A DNA stretch of 64,000 nt from Octopus sinensis (lineage: Eukaryota): the NCBI RefSeq assembly GCF_006345805.1, contig NC_043006.1, positions 30,256,001-30,320,000 on the forward strand, given 5' to 3'. The notes beneath the pieces were generated by a model. The model was given only the letters and a program-made list of their open reading frames with translations, searched no databases and was not told where the DNA came from. The position numbers were made by a program, and so were the translations under genes. Shown piece by piece: positions 1 through 12,671 of the stretch. The first letter of the stretch is position 1, and every line of letters starts with the position of its first letter.

Positions 1-62
<62 letters not shown>

Positions 63-72
63 TATATATATG
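1..72. repeat. (TA)n microsatellite
   Basis: Near-pure TA dinucleotide run. Confidence 0.95.
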
Positions 73-74
73 TA

Positions 75-290
75 CATCATTTAACATCTGTTTTCCATGT
101 TGACATGGGTTGGATGGTTTGACAGGAGCTGCACCATGCTCCACTCGTCTGTTTTTGTCATGGTTTCTATGGCTGGATGCTCTTCCTAATGCCAACCACT
201 TTACAGAGTGTACTGGGTGCTTTTTAGGGGGCACCAGCACAGGTGCTTTCTACATGGCACTTTTATGGGTGCTTTTTATGTAACTCTGGC
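75..290 (-). mobile_element. SINE family C (GGTGGCACGTAAAA core, TGGCRTTAGGAAGGGCATCCAG body, (GAT)n tail), decayed
   Basis: Matches copies at 2790-3027, 6580-6775, 19090-19240, 34975-35135, 36650-37370, 56220-56430. Confidence 0.8.
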
Positions 291-704
291 ATGTGTGTGT
301 GTGTATTTGCAAAAGCCTTCCCCTCAACATGTCTTCTAATTCAAACATGAAGTCCTTTAATAACTCTGAAGGTATTTCTATATGCTACTGCACAATGAAT
401 AAATTATTCCACCTCAATTGGTTGAATCACACATAATAAGAGACATCTTGCATACAGTTGAGTGTCACAGTGATGCACACAAAGAGGAAGTTCTTCAAAC
501 TTTCAAAGACAGAATTTTACTAACATGCAAAATGTTACGCCTTACAATAAACCTTGATAAAGCTTATTCTTTATCGACCTGGCCTCGGAAGCTTTGTATG
601 CATATCTTCTTTCAAATATGTTGGCAGCATACAAAAAAAAAAAAGGTGGGGTACAAATCTTCATTAGAGTCGCAATGAGCTCTACAAAATTGAACTAAAC
701 TAGC

Positions 705-1094
705 TTGTGGCTGTGTACTAAGAAGTTAGCTTCCCAACCACATTGTCCTGGGTTCAGTCCCACTGCATAGCACCTTGGGGAAGTGTCTTCTACTATAGCC
801 TTAGGCTGACCACAACCTTGTGAGTGGATTTGGTAGACAGAAACTGATAGAAGCTTGTTGCATATGTGTGTGTGTGTGTGTGTCTTTGTATCTATGTTTG
901 CTCCCACCACTGATTGACAACTGATGTTAGTGTGTTTATGTCCCCATAACTTAATGGTTTGGCAAAAGAGACAAATAGAATAAGTACTGGCTTAAAAAAA
1001 AAAGAAAAAATGTATTGGGGTTGATTCATTCAACTATAAATTCTTCATGGTGGTGCCCCAGCATGGCCACAGTCTAATGACTGAAAAAAGTAAA
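705..1094 (+). mobile_element. tRNA-derived SINE family A
   Basis: A-box-like GTGGCTGTGT.., B-box-like GGTTCAGTCC, body GTGGATTTGGTAGAC.GAAACTGA, tail CCCCAGCATGGCCACAGTCTAATGACTGAAA; more than 10 copies in window. Confidence 0.85.
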
Positions 1095-1289
1095 TATTTT
1101 CTATAAAATATCTTCAAAGCATGCATTTTGTTAGTTTTGTTGTTTGACTGTAAAGCATTGATATTATAATGAGACTGTTAATCGATTGGAACATTTTCAG
1201 CAAAAAGTGTCTTTGGAAAATTGTGAATATTGGCTGATAAAAAAACAACAGTTTTATCAAGTGTATGTGAAGGATGTTTGTTAGAGGAG

Positions 1290-2630
1290 GGAGTGGGGTT
1301 GCTTTTCATAATTTGACAGAGAAAGGAAAAGAGCAAAAAAGTGCAGATGTGTAATTCTTGAGTAGGATGTGAAATAACGAGAGTGAAAGAGCAGATTAAG
1401 TAAACTGAAGGGAGAAATTTAAGCAGTCAGGAAGTAGGCAGACTTTAGAAAGATGACAATCTCCTGTTCTCTTTGAGAGCAAGAGGCAGGAAATCTGGTA
1501 TTGGAGATTGAGCCAAAGATTGAGAGGTGGTTAGAGTGCAAATCTATCAAAGAATAAGTGACCAGCTTGCTTAAAGTAAATGAAAACTCAGTGGAAACAC
1601 TGAAATTCATAGATAAGATTGCAAGTAATGCGATAGAATAAATCCCTAATGTGGAAGGTACAGCAGTTGGATCCAATGAGGGTGGTGGTCGTGATGTTGG
1701 GAAAGAAACAGTAGGTGTGGCAATAACAACAGGATTAAGGAATAGAAGGTGAGGGCTGTGGATGTAGAGACGGTAGAAGTTGTAGGCATGATTAACCCTT
1801 TCAATAGCAACCCAGCTGAAACCGCCTCTGGCTCTGTAATACAAATGTTTTGTTTTCATAAGTTTTGAATTAAAATCTTTCACCAAACTTTAGTCATGAT
1901 CCCTAGCTTAATGATAACTAAGTTATTTTACTAAATTCTTTGTTATATTTAAAATCAATTGAAAGAAACACAGAACATCTCAAAATAAATATGGTAACGA
2001 AAGGAGGTGGGAAGTGGTAGGCAAGGGAAGAAACTGGAAGTGACAAGGTTGAACCAGAGATGGAGGGATAATGGGGAATTAATGGGGAATGGTGGTAGGA
2101 GAGGGGGAATAAGAGGCCGTGGGGTAGAAAGGGTGGGATGTAGTCAATGGTATGAATGCTGGAAACATGTTGGTACCTGAGCCTCAAAGTTGTAGTTGTA
2201 GGTAAAGAAATGGAGAAATTGGAAATAGGGGTGGTATGTTTGGTGTGGGTGGGTTAGGAGGTTGAAAGGGGAAAGAAAGATTGGGAGTCAATGAGAGTGA
2301 GTAGGTGGGTTGGTCAATAGAAGCCAAGGAAATTAAATGTAGAAAGTGAAATGGGAAGAGGGATGAAAAGAGGTGACGGATGCTGATACAGTTATGTAGC
2401 AACCATATAGCCTTGATATAGGAAAAGATTTGGGATCTTTGTCATGAATAGATTGGCAGAGTTGGGGCCCAGTCTTATGCTCAAGGCCATCCTAGAGTTA
2501 ATAAATCTTGCTAATGAAGGAGAAAAACTGAAAGTAAGAATGAATTCAGTTAAATAGAGAATGGTGGAGGTGGTAGAATAGAGAATGGTATGGAGGTCGA
2601 GGAAGTGATAGAAGGCATTTCTCTCATGAA
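1290..2630 (-). pseudogene. Decayed Penelope-like element (RT + GIY-YIG remnant)
   Basis: Minus-strand translations GMALSIRLGPNSANLFM (PLE RT GxAMGxxxGPxYANLFM-like), then STLGIYSI, HSNHLSIFG, QREQEIVIFL resembling PLE GIY-YIG C-terminus; many stops and frameshifts. Confidence 0.6.
1796..2004. mobile_element. piggyBac-like MITE inserted in the PLE
   Basis: TTAA-CCCTTT left end; right end GTAACGAAAGG is its partial inverse; AT-rich insert interrupts PLE sequence. Confidence 0.4.
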
Positions 2631-2789
2631 CTTCCTACACGTAAACACATGTGTATAAGTAATATACACACATGTGCTTATGTTATATACATGTGTAAAT
2701 GTAATATATCACATTACAATATAACTTTCTTACTAACAGTAATTTGTTTGCAATCCTCCACAAAAGCAAATTTGGGATGTTTGTAGCCT

Positions 2790-3027
2790 CATGGAAGCAA
2801 TGTGACCAATGCCAGTGTCACATAACTGGCACCCATGTCGGTAGCATGTAAAAGGTACCCACTACACTCTTGGAGTGGTTGGCATTAAGAAGGGGATCCA
2901 GCTGTAGAAACCATGCCAAATCAGACTGGAACCTGGTGCAGCCCCTCAGCTTACCAGCCCTGGTCAAACCATCCAACCCATGCCAGCATGGACAATGGAC
3001 ATTAAATGATAGTGATGATGATGATGA
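2790..3027 (+). mobile_element. SINE family C
   Basis: TGGCATTAAGAAGGGGATCCAGCTGTAGAAAC body, CCCATGCCAGCATGGACAATGGACATTAAA-(GAT)n tail. Confidence 0.85.
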
Positions 3028-3382
3028 TTTTGTTTCATGTCTAACTGAAACTGTTTAATTAGAAGAATTAAAAAACTAAATTAACTTTGCAAACCACACA
3101 TACATACACACACATACTGCAGCAGATTGATATATATATACTGAACTACAATTGCTCTATGTTATGATGTATTGTAACACCTGGTATGGCACATATTGAT
3201 GATTTGTAACACCTGATATGTATTGTAAAATCTGATATGGCAAATATTTACTCTTTTGATGATTCAGAAGAAATAAGAGAAGCTGACCTCAAGTTTGTGT
3301 GTTTTAAATTCCGTAGCATGAAGCATTTAATGGATGTCTATTAATTTTTCCCTTTTTGATGTACAAAATTATTTTTTTGCTG

Positions 3383-3775
3383 GGCACCTGTGTGGTTAAG
3401 AAGTTTGTTTCCCCATCATTTGGTCTTGGGTTCAGTCCCACTGCCCAGCACTTTGGGCAAATGTTTTCTGCTATCCTCCAGGTCAATCAAAGCCTTGTGA
3501 GTAGACTTAGAGATGGAAACTGAAAAGAAACCTCTGTGTGTATGTGTACCCTTCATATTTACATCCATCATGTGATGGTTGTAAATGAGTATCACCATCA
3601 TACAAATGATGTTCTTCATTTCCAGACTTCTATGAAAAACATGACCATCCCTGAAGAAATCTTGCCTTGCTTGGAAACATGTGAGTATTGGCAACAGTAA
3701 GGGCATTCAGCCAAAGAAAATCTTCAATAAATCCCATCTGACCCATGCAAGCATTTAAAAGTGGACGTCAAAAGG
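3383..3775 (+). mobile_element. Chimeric SINE: family-A head with family-C-like 3' half
   Basis: A head and body to ~3540, distinct middle (also at 45820-45960), then TGGCAACAGTAAGGGCATTCAGCC and CCCATGCAAGCAT..GTGGACGT as in family C. Confidence 0.7.
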
Positions 3776-4074
3776 AAATTTTTGCGAAGGAACACTTTAT
3801 ATATTACTGGTATTTACCAAGATTTGGGAGAGGAAAGAAATGTTGACCTCAACCAGGATTTGAACTCAGAATAATCACTGTAAAGTATATAACCAATCCA
3901 GTGTTCAACAATTGAGGTCATTTTCAATATCATCTTTTATGACGTTTTTGTGATGTTTCTTTCCGTAAAAATGATATTTGAAGATGAAGGGAAAATGCGT
4001 TCAAGTGATGAAGTTGGCAAACAGGAAATGCACACTTGATTTTACAAATACTTTATTTCTTATGAGTGTCTGTT

Positions 4075-4300
4075 TTTGTGTTTGTGCTTGTCTCCCCACC
4101 CCACCCCTTGACAACCAGTGTCAGGAGGTTTATGTCACCATAACTTAGCAGTTCAGCAAAACAAACCAATAGGATAAGTACCAAGCTTTGAAAAATTTTT
4201 TCTAAATAAGTACTGGGATTGTTTTATTTGACTAAACACTTTTCAAGGCAGTGCCCCAGCATGGCCACAATCTAATGACTGAAACAAGTAAAAGATAAAT
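4075..4300 (+). mobile_element. SINE family A, 3' half
   Basis: ACTTAGCAGTTCAGCAAAA..ATAAGTACC..GGCAGTGCCCCAGCATGGCCAC..GACTGAAACAAGTAAAA. Confidence 0.75.
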
Positions 4301-5344
4301 GATATAAATATAAGGCTATAAGTTCGTTGTTGTTGAGTTGTAGACCAGAGCCAACTCCTCAAACATTTGGCCAAAAGTATTCCAATCATGATTATCTTGT
4401 TTTACTTAAGCATTGTATACCTAGGACTACATTACCCAATCTGCAGTCTTCCATGTTTTTAGGACATTAGGCTGTGATTTGAGGGCTGTTATTGTTTGTT
4501 GCCAATGAATTGGCAGAAGAGAGATAGAATTGACTGAATGCCCCCTGCCCCTTACCAACTACTTATTTTATTGTCTGAAAGAAAGTTTTGAAACTAAAAG
4601 AACAAAAATAAATATTGATTGATGCTTTGTTTTGTCATTCATCTACTTCACCACATCTTATTTTATATATATTGATATTAAACTCTAAATTAAACCTACA
4701 ACCACAAATTTAATATGGGGAAAATGAGATTATGTGACAATCACACTCTTCTCAAGATCAGTAAAATGCAAGTAGAAACACTCGTTATTATGATGTATAC
4801 TTTTAACATTTGTACTCTACTGGAACATTCTCACATCAACAACCTAAGTTGCTCTTCAACACCAGACTTCACTCAGATAAACATCAGTACCAATAGATTC
4901 TTCATGTTCTCTTTTTAGTCACTGTTACTCTACTACTATCACTGTATCTTCAACTCACTCGTTTCACCACTACAACTCTTAAATCAGCACAATGCCTCTC
5001 TAATTGCCATGCTCCAGCTTCCCTTAACGTTCTGTGTGTGTGTGTGTGTGCGCGTGTGTGTGCGTGCGTGTGCATGCGTGCGTGTGTGTGTATTGATGGA
5101 TAGATAAGTATATTTTTATATTGAAAGCATTATATTTTGCTGTAGAATGAAACTTGCAATTATAACCCTAAGTTCCCTTCTATTGCTCTCCATCATTTAC
5201 TCTCTCTTATCACAGTCAACTACAGCAAAATGCCAGTCATCTCGGTCCTTTTGTCATCTAGGCTCAGTTTCCCAAGATCAGTCTTCAATACTTTGTTCCC
5301 TGTCTTCCTGGATCTCCTGCTTCAGCAACTTCCACCCAATCTAA

Positions 5345-5593
5345 GTGATCAGCACTTCTTTATGCAGTCGTCCTCATCCATACACATCACATGACCAAGC
5401 CATCACAGTCTTCTCTCTTGCACACTACATCCAATTCCTCATATGCCTAACTTTTCTCTCAATACATTAACATTTTGTCATACATGCACTTTGACATTGC
5501 ACATCCAATGGAGCATTCCAGCTTTTTTCCTCTCTAGTCTCCACATGTTCTCTGCATCCAGGGCCATATCTCACAACCATATAGCATTGTTGT
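5345..5593 (-). pseudogene. RTE-clade LINE RT C-terminal fragment
   Basis: Decayed match to MLYGSETW..ERNEASMLRWMC..LREKLGI..VQERRLRWFGHV, same region as 19650-19860. Confidence 0.75.
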
Positions 5594-5882
<289 letters not shown>

Positions 5883-6579
5883 TTTGTTGCTATAGAGATA
5901 ATAGCACTCTGATCTTCCTCCATTCTATTCTTTTTCTAATGACTACACTTTCAGAACATCCTCCTTCACTATTAATTAGGTTGCCTAGGAAACAGAAACT
6001 ATCTACTGCCTTTAGGGAACTTCCAGGATATTTGAGAAAATCAATTCCCTATGTGTCTTTGCACTTTATGGCACCTGTGCATCTTCCACTTTGCCACTTA
6101 CAAAAAAAAAAAACCCTGTTTTCTCTGTTATTTGGAAATTCAATAAAATTTTGGTGTGGTCACTGTCTTCACATGCAACCAACCTCACATTGTGGACAGC
6201 CAGCAATGGAGACTATATGACTGACCACCATACTAAACATCAATGGACAATGTTGAAAGATCTATAAAAGTACCTAAGTCACAAAACAGTGATGAAATAT
6301 ACATAAGAGGATATCTGGCTTGGTTTTAGGATGAAGCTGTTTGTCTGTTGTAAATGTCTCTAAAAATTTGCTTAAATTTGGTTTCATTGCACTAAAATAG
6401 ATGAGGGGTAAACCACATCAAAAATATCTTTCCCAGTATTCAGAGAGACATAACAAAATATCTGCACTGAATTTGAACTTGCTTCTATAATTCTGTTATC
6501 ATTGTTGCCATATGTCACTGTGAAAATACTAATTATTTATTCTATGTAATTGCAAATAGTTGTAGATAGAGAGCAGGGG

Positions 6580-6775
6580 TTCCACATATAAAGCACCTGT
6601 GCTGGCACCACATAAAATGCACCCAGTACATTCTTTAAAATGGTTGGCATTAGGAAGGGCATCCAACTGTAGAAACCATGTCAGAATAGATATCTGGAGC
6701 CAGGTGCAGCTCCTATCAAACCATCCAATTCATGTCAGCATGGAAAATGGATGTTTGATGAGGATGATGATGGTG
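6580..6775 (+). mobile_element. SINE family C
   Basis: TGGCATTAGGAAGGGCATCCAACTGTAGAAACC and (GAT)n tail. Confidence 0.8.
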
Positions 6776-7312
6776 GTGGTGGGGAGGAGGAGAGACACTG
6801 AAAAAAAAACAGCAATGAAGATATTTGTGTTGGTGAGAAGTGATAGGATGCCAGGTTTTGTTTAAATCCTCCTTGGATGAAACTGGAGAACATTTTAGTA
6901 AATCTTTCTTTGAACTCTTTTAGCTTGGGTAACAGAATAGATCGGCATTTTTCAAACTGTGGGTCCCGACCCTTCAGTGGGTCATGAGATAAATAAAATG
7001 GATCTCAAGAAAAAAGTTTGAAAATTGCTGGAATAGATTCTAGGACATGACTATACTGATTATTGACACCAGGAGCTGAAACATATGGCTTATAATATAT
7101 GTTCACCACCAACACTGGGGCTTTTACATGGTCTCTCAATAGAAATAGCACCCAAGGCGCCTCAAATCACATATTATTATCTTAAGTACAGCGGTGTGGG
7201 ATACATCAGATATTATCATCATATATATCCATATATCCCTAAAAAAAAACAAGAAGGTCCTCACAGCTGGAACAGTTTTGATCTGCTGGATCAGTGCTGA
7301 CTCAGAGCTATG

Positions 7313-7433
7313 CACTAGCACAGCTAGGAGTAGGGGTAGGGCAGTTCACCCCAGGTGGCATTTTGGGTCTGCTATAGGCAATATGTATTTTTTGTGGGGT
7401 CCAGGGGCAGCACACACTCTAGCTACGCTAGTG
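7313..7433. mobile_element. Small hAT-type MITE
   Basis: TIR CACTAGCACAGCTAG / CTAGCTACGCTAGTG; flanks GAGCTATG and AAGCTAAG (6/8 match, decayed 8-bp TSD). Confidence 0.6.
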
Positions 7434-7974
7434 AAGCTAAGCAACAACAACACTATCACAGTCAAATCATACAAAAACCAATTGAATGAGATAAGTTCAT
7501 GAAACATAATCTAATATGGTCCTGACATATTTGGCAGTGTACCAAATCTCTGTGTTATTGTTCCAGTGAGAATCTCTGATATTTTTACAGAGAAGAACTC
7601 TAAAAGTACAATTTAGTTGGCAGCCAGTATATAAAAGTATAAAAATAATGGTTCTGGAATTTTGTGCTTTTTATAACTGTTCCATTCAAATTATAATCTG
7701 TATGGTAATGCACTTTTTCAAAAACAGAACAGCTTCTGGTTATCACAAACAATCATTTATCAAAAAGCCTGTTAAAAACACAAGGAATTTCAAAATAGTT
7801 TTGGATTTCTTTGGCTATTTTAGTCTCATGAAAATAATTCTTTGGGTGCATTTTTACAAGTAAAGTCTTGAAGAAGATTCTCTGAGAGATTTTTTAGATC
7901 AATTTTCGAAGCTCAAAACAGGTTTTTTTAAATAAATAAAGGATTATAGAGTAAAACAGACTGGATCTTTCAAT

Positions 7975-8335
7975 TTTTACTTGTTTCACTCATTAGACTA
8001 TGGTCATGCTGGGGCACCACGCTAAAGAATTTTTTTAGTAAAATGATTTGACCCCAGTTCTATTATTTAAAGCCTTGTGCTTATTGTTATCAGTTTCTTT
8101 TGCTGACATTGACACACCAACACCAGTTGTCAAGAGGTGGTGGTAGTGGGAATACAGACATACATGTATATGCAATTGGCTTCTTTCAGTTTCCGTCAAC
8201 CAAATCCACACATTGTTCAGCCTGAGGCTATGGTAGAAGACATTTACCTAAGATGTCACACAGTGGGACTGAACCTGGAACCATGTGCTTGAGAAGCAAG
8301 CTTCTTACCACATAGTCACACCTGCACCTATTGAC
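7975..8335 (-). mobile_element. SINE family A
   Basis: Reverse complement of head, body and tail. Confidence 0.8.
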
Positions 8336-8822
8336 GTAGGACATTTATTTTTGCACTAACTTCTTTATTTTCAAATACTGAAGAACAAACTCGAGTTAAT
8401 GCTTTTGATTGTAAACTTTAGATGTATCTAAGTATAAACTGCATCTATAATTTAGACTAAATTTTAACTAAATCTATATTTTAGTGACAGTGACATACAG
8501 CAAGGAAAAAATCTATTTTTTTACTTTACTATGTTGTTGTTACCATGGAAATTGAAACAATTATTTTTCACAGCAAATATAAATTATTTGTTATAAAGTA
8601 ATTTGAGATACAAGCTTGAGGTTATGCCTTACCTTAATCTTTACAACAGATGAAAGTACATCTAGGATTATTTTGAAGATAAATAGGCTTTCAGCAAACA
8701 AAAATAGAACTATTACACATTTCAGGCTATAGTTAACAACATGTGCAATGATTTTGACTGATAAATGATGTTTATTATACAAACATTACAACAATACTAA
8801 GCTAATGAGGTTGTAACTATGT

Positions 8823-8986
8823 CAGCAGTTCTCAACTGCATCTTCTCAAGCGTCCTTCTGACAGTCTTCCCTCTATAAATAAATTTTTCTTTAACTGACT
8901 TGAGTTTTACTGTATTTTTGTGTGGATCCCTAAAAAAATTCAGGTTTTAGATTTGGCTCAGATATTAAAAAGGTTGTGAACCACTG
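8823..8986. mobile_element. hAT (Buster-like) MITE
   Basis: TIR CAGCAGTTCTCAAC / GTTGTGAACCACTG; TSD AACTATGT / ATCTATGT (7/8, central TA). Confidence 0.75.
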
Positions 8987-9269
8987 ATCTATGTGATCAC
9001 TCGACCTGCTAGAAATAGCAGCCAAATCTTACTAAAATTTTACCTTAAAAAATAATGACACATTTGACAATATAGCCATGAGTCTATAAAATATCAGGAC
9101 AAAGCTAGAACATGTTTGATTGATCACAGATCTGATTGATAAAGGATCAGTTGGGGGTGAAGAGTAACACACACACATATACACACTGTTTATTTACAGC
9201 AACAGAAAATTTATAAACCACTGAATGAATGAAAGAAAATTTAAACTTCTTTTCAAAGAACACAAATAT

Positions 9270-9862
9270 TAGTTGCTGTTGTTTGCAATAATGGTTGATG
9301 TGGTGATGGAGAGTGCACGAGAGGGATTGATAATGGAGATAGTGTATGTGGATGACCTTGTTCTGATGAGTGAGATGATGGAGGGATTGAGGGAGAAGTT
9401 TTGGAAATGAAAGGAGGCGTTTGAAAGCAAGGGTTTGAAGATAAACTTTGGGAAGACAAAGGTGATGGCAAGTGGGATGAAGAGAGCAATAGTGAGAGAA
9501 ATGTGTGGGGTGAAGCTGTTTGATAAGAGGAGGACTGAGGACTGGATGGGAAAGTTGGGGTTGGAGGAATTGGTGGAATGGTTGGCAAGGGCAAACAGAG
9601 TGAGGTGGTATGGGCATGTGTTGAGGTGGGATGAGGAGCACGTTCTGAGGAGGGTGACTGCATTTGAGGTAAATGGAGCGTGTAAGCGAATAGACTGAGG
9701 AAAAGGTGGAGGGGATAGGTGGAGGAGGAGATTGGGAGGGTTGGTTTGAAGAAGGAGAATGGCCAAAACCAAGCAAGATAGTGTAAGGGCAGCTGAGATC
9801 CAGCCCCCCCCCCCGTTAATGGGGACAAAACCCCGGATTTAAAACACTGGATGATGATGATG
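9270..9862 (+). pseudogene. 5'-truncated, internally deleted RTE LINE
   Basis: IVYVDDLVLM RT motif, GLKINFGKTKVM, RVRWYGHVLR, short 3' UTR ending in (GAT)n. Confidence 0.85.
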
Positions 9863-10314
9863 ATTAGTTAAATTGCCAACTATAACAGCAAGTTTCATAA
9901 TAGAAAAACATACAGTAAGAATATGAAGAAACATGTTCTTAGTGCTTACGTCAGTAAATACTAAGATATAAATACTGAAATAAATGCAATCCCTTACCAG
10001 AAAAAGAAAAGAAAAAGAACTTATGAATATAACATAATGAAGGATTTGCTTACATTAAGCATTGTCAAATTAGTGAAGGGAAGATGAGAACCAACAAGAA
10101 TGGTGTTGGGTGCTGTGAAAAGTACAACTCGCGTCTCAAGTACCAGAATATTTATAATTTCCTTCTACACTCAGCATTCTTCTTCACAATCTACATAAAA
10201 GAGCATTCACTGATTTCTGGCACATCCCTGTTATCATAATCCAAATAATTCTTTCTAATCTTAATACAAATAACAAAAATGTAGTCTATACACACACACA
10301 AACACACACATATA

Positions 10315-10455
10315 GGTGTGGGTATAGGTGTAGGCAACACAGTGTGGTAAGAAGCTTGCTTCCCAGCCACATAGTTCCAGGTTCAGCCCCAATGCATGGC
10401 ACCTTGAGCAAGTGGATTTGGTAGATGGAAACTGAAAGAAGCCCTTTGTATATCT
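10315..10455 (+). mobile_element. SINE family A head
   Basis: GTGTGGTAAGAAGCTTGCT..GGTTCAGCCCC..GTGGATTTGGTAGATGGAAACTGAAAGAAGCC. Confidence 0.8.
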
Positions 10456-10611
10456 CAAGACTCAAGAATTGACACATGGTAATTGTGGCACATCTTCTAG
10501 AGTCAGAGTTAAGTTGAATAAATCAAGAATTTATGGTATTTGATAGACCTGTATTTGTCTATGTTGTTCCTATACATGCGATTGGTCACTCTTTGTTATT
10601 TCTTTTAACTC

Positions 10612-11858
10612 ACAACATACCTTGATTTTGCAAAAGATTTTGACAAAGTAGATCATGGTATGATATGCCACAAACTGTGTGACCTTGGCATAGCTGGAAA
10701 ACTTGGAGAGTGGTTACGTGACTTTCTGAAAGATAGAAATCAGGCAGTAGTGGCTAATGGAGCCACCTCTATGAAAATACAAATAGTGAGCGGTGTTTCA
10801 CAGGGCACTGTCTTAGGACCACTGCTTTTTATAGTGGCCCTCTCAGATATGCCCCCAAGTGCCTGGATAGCCGCCCTTGCAAGCTACGCAGACGATACAA
10901 AAGTCTCTCAGAAAATACAGAACCCCAGCGATGCTGCACATCTGCAACAGGAGTTGGACTCAATTTACAGATGGACTGAGGATAATAATATGCAGTTTAA
11001 TGCTGAAAAATCCCAAGCCCTGTGCTACCAGTGTCCAAAACTGAATATGAAACTTACAGGGTACACTGAGCCACAGGGAATTTCAATCCCAGAGCCTAAA
11101 TCAGTGACGGACCTGGGTATCGACATGAGTGATGATACCTCTTTCCAAGTGCACATACCCGGATGGCAACAAAGTGCAGACGACTGGCTGGATGGCTCCT
11201 GAGAACATTCAGAACCAGAGATAAGGAAACCATGATGGTCCTCTGAAGGACATTCGTCCTCAGCTGCCTGGGCTACTGCTCCCAGCTATGGTCCCCCAAA
11301 AGTGTGAAATTAACAGCAGACCTTGAAGCAATCCAGAGAAGATTCACAAAGAAAATTGTCTCTTTGCAACTGCTCAGCTATTAGGAAAGGCTGAAAAAGC
11401 TAAGACTCTACTTTCTGGAGAGAAGGCGGGAGAGGTATGCAGTAATATACATCTGGAAGGAACTGTGCCAAATTTTGGCACTGAAAACTACACCAATGCC
11501 AGAACAGGACAATACTGCATAGTGCCAAAGGTCCCATCAACGCCATCGTGCTTCAGGACCAGTTACTGCAACAGCCTGGGTTTCAGGGGCCCACAGCTTT
11601 TTAATATTCTCCCAAAAAACCTGAGCAACCTGCACAAAGTAGATGTAGGCATTTTTAAATCAAAGCTAGACCTCTTCCTGTTGAGAGTCCCAGATGAACC
11701 TACCTCACAGCAAGAGGTGCAAATGAGGGTAGCTACATCAAAGTCCATTCTTCACAAAGTGCCACATACTGAAGGAGGCTCTCAGTAATAACAGTGTAGC
11801 AAAACGGCAGTGCATGAGCATGGCCACAGCCCTGAACTGAAACTACAGAAAAAAAAAA
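10612..11858 (+). pseudogene. CR1/L2-group LINE 3' half (RT, C-terminus, 3' UTR, A tail)
   Basis: LDFAKDFDKVDHG, SGVSQGTVLGPLLF, SYADDTK, WTEDNNMQFNAEK; frameshifted C-terminus; ends in A-rich tail. Confidence 0.9.
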
Positions 11859-11940
11859 TTATATATATATATATGTTCATGTGTGTGTGTGTATACATAT
11901 ATATATGTATATTTGTATGTATTTGTATATATATCTATGT

Positions 11941-12104
11941 ATAGAATGGTTGTATACTGTCAATCTAACGTGAACATGACAGTAGGGGGTTACACCACCG
12001 CTGTTTAGCCCTAGGAGGCGTTGATGCTTCCTAGGGCTAAACAGCGGTGGTGTAGCCCCCTACTGTCACGTTCACATTAGATTGACAGTATACAACCATT
12101 CTAT
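11941..12104. repeat. 164-bp near-perfect palindrome (76-bp arms, 12-nt loop)
   Basis: Arms 11941-12016 and 12029-12104 differ at 3 transition positions. Confidence 0.95.
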
Positions 12105-12375
12105 CGCCCCACCACCGTACATATCTCTATGAGAGATTTAGAAATTTAATATTTCTGATATCTATGTATATAAATTACGCCAGCAGACGCCGACCAAAAA
12201 TCATTACTGTTGCTCCCATTGGAACACAAGGTAAAATCTATAATGAACTCCTCGCCTTTTCAAGAACATGGATTTTTTATATTTGACTCTATTGAATGTA
12301 TGTCACAATTATGAACTGTTCCATCATACTCTTTAAGCATATAGCATGGACTCTCTTTATTATAAAAAAATTTTT

Positions 12376-12417
12376 TTGATAAGGTTCCTTATTTCAAGAA
12401 CCGAAACATGTTAAATT
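12376..12417 (+). ncRNA. Degenerate PLE-type minimal hammerhead ribozyme motif
   Basis: TTGATAA (2 changes from CTGATGA)-GGTTC/loop/GAACC-GAAA-C-AT-GTT with palindrome AACATGTT; weak stem I. Confidence 0.5.
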
Positions 12418-12671
12418 AAAATTTATCTAATATAGCGGCATTTTCAAACTTCATTTTTTACAAATATATATATATATATATATATAATAAATTAATAAAT
12501 AAAACATATGCATATATACATACATATATGTACGTACCTACCTCTACATGTATATATACATGCATATATGGGTACAGGACACCAAAAAAACGTTGAACAC
12601 AATGAGAAACGAAAACATAAACACAAAACCAAGGAACTGGACATTTTTTTATATATATGTCTGTATATACA

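Noticed and set aside
330-700. Host exon(s), including ORF 418-678
   Set aside because: No convincing splice pair or homology; EIPSELLK on minus looks more like a LINE remnant
1185-1240. Hammerhead at the 3' end of the first PLE
   Set aside because: CTGAAAA..CGATT is too far from the core consensus
8631-8659. Minus-strand 29-nt micro-exon (DVLSSVVKIK) with GTAAGG donor
   Set aside because: Weak acceptor and no supporting neighbouring exon
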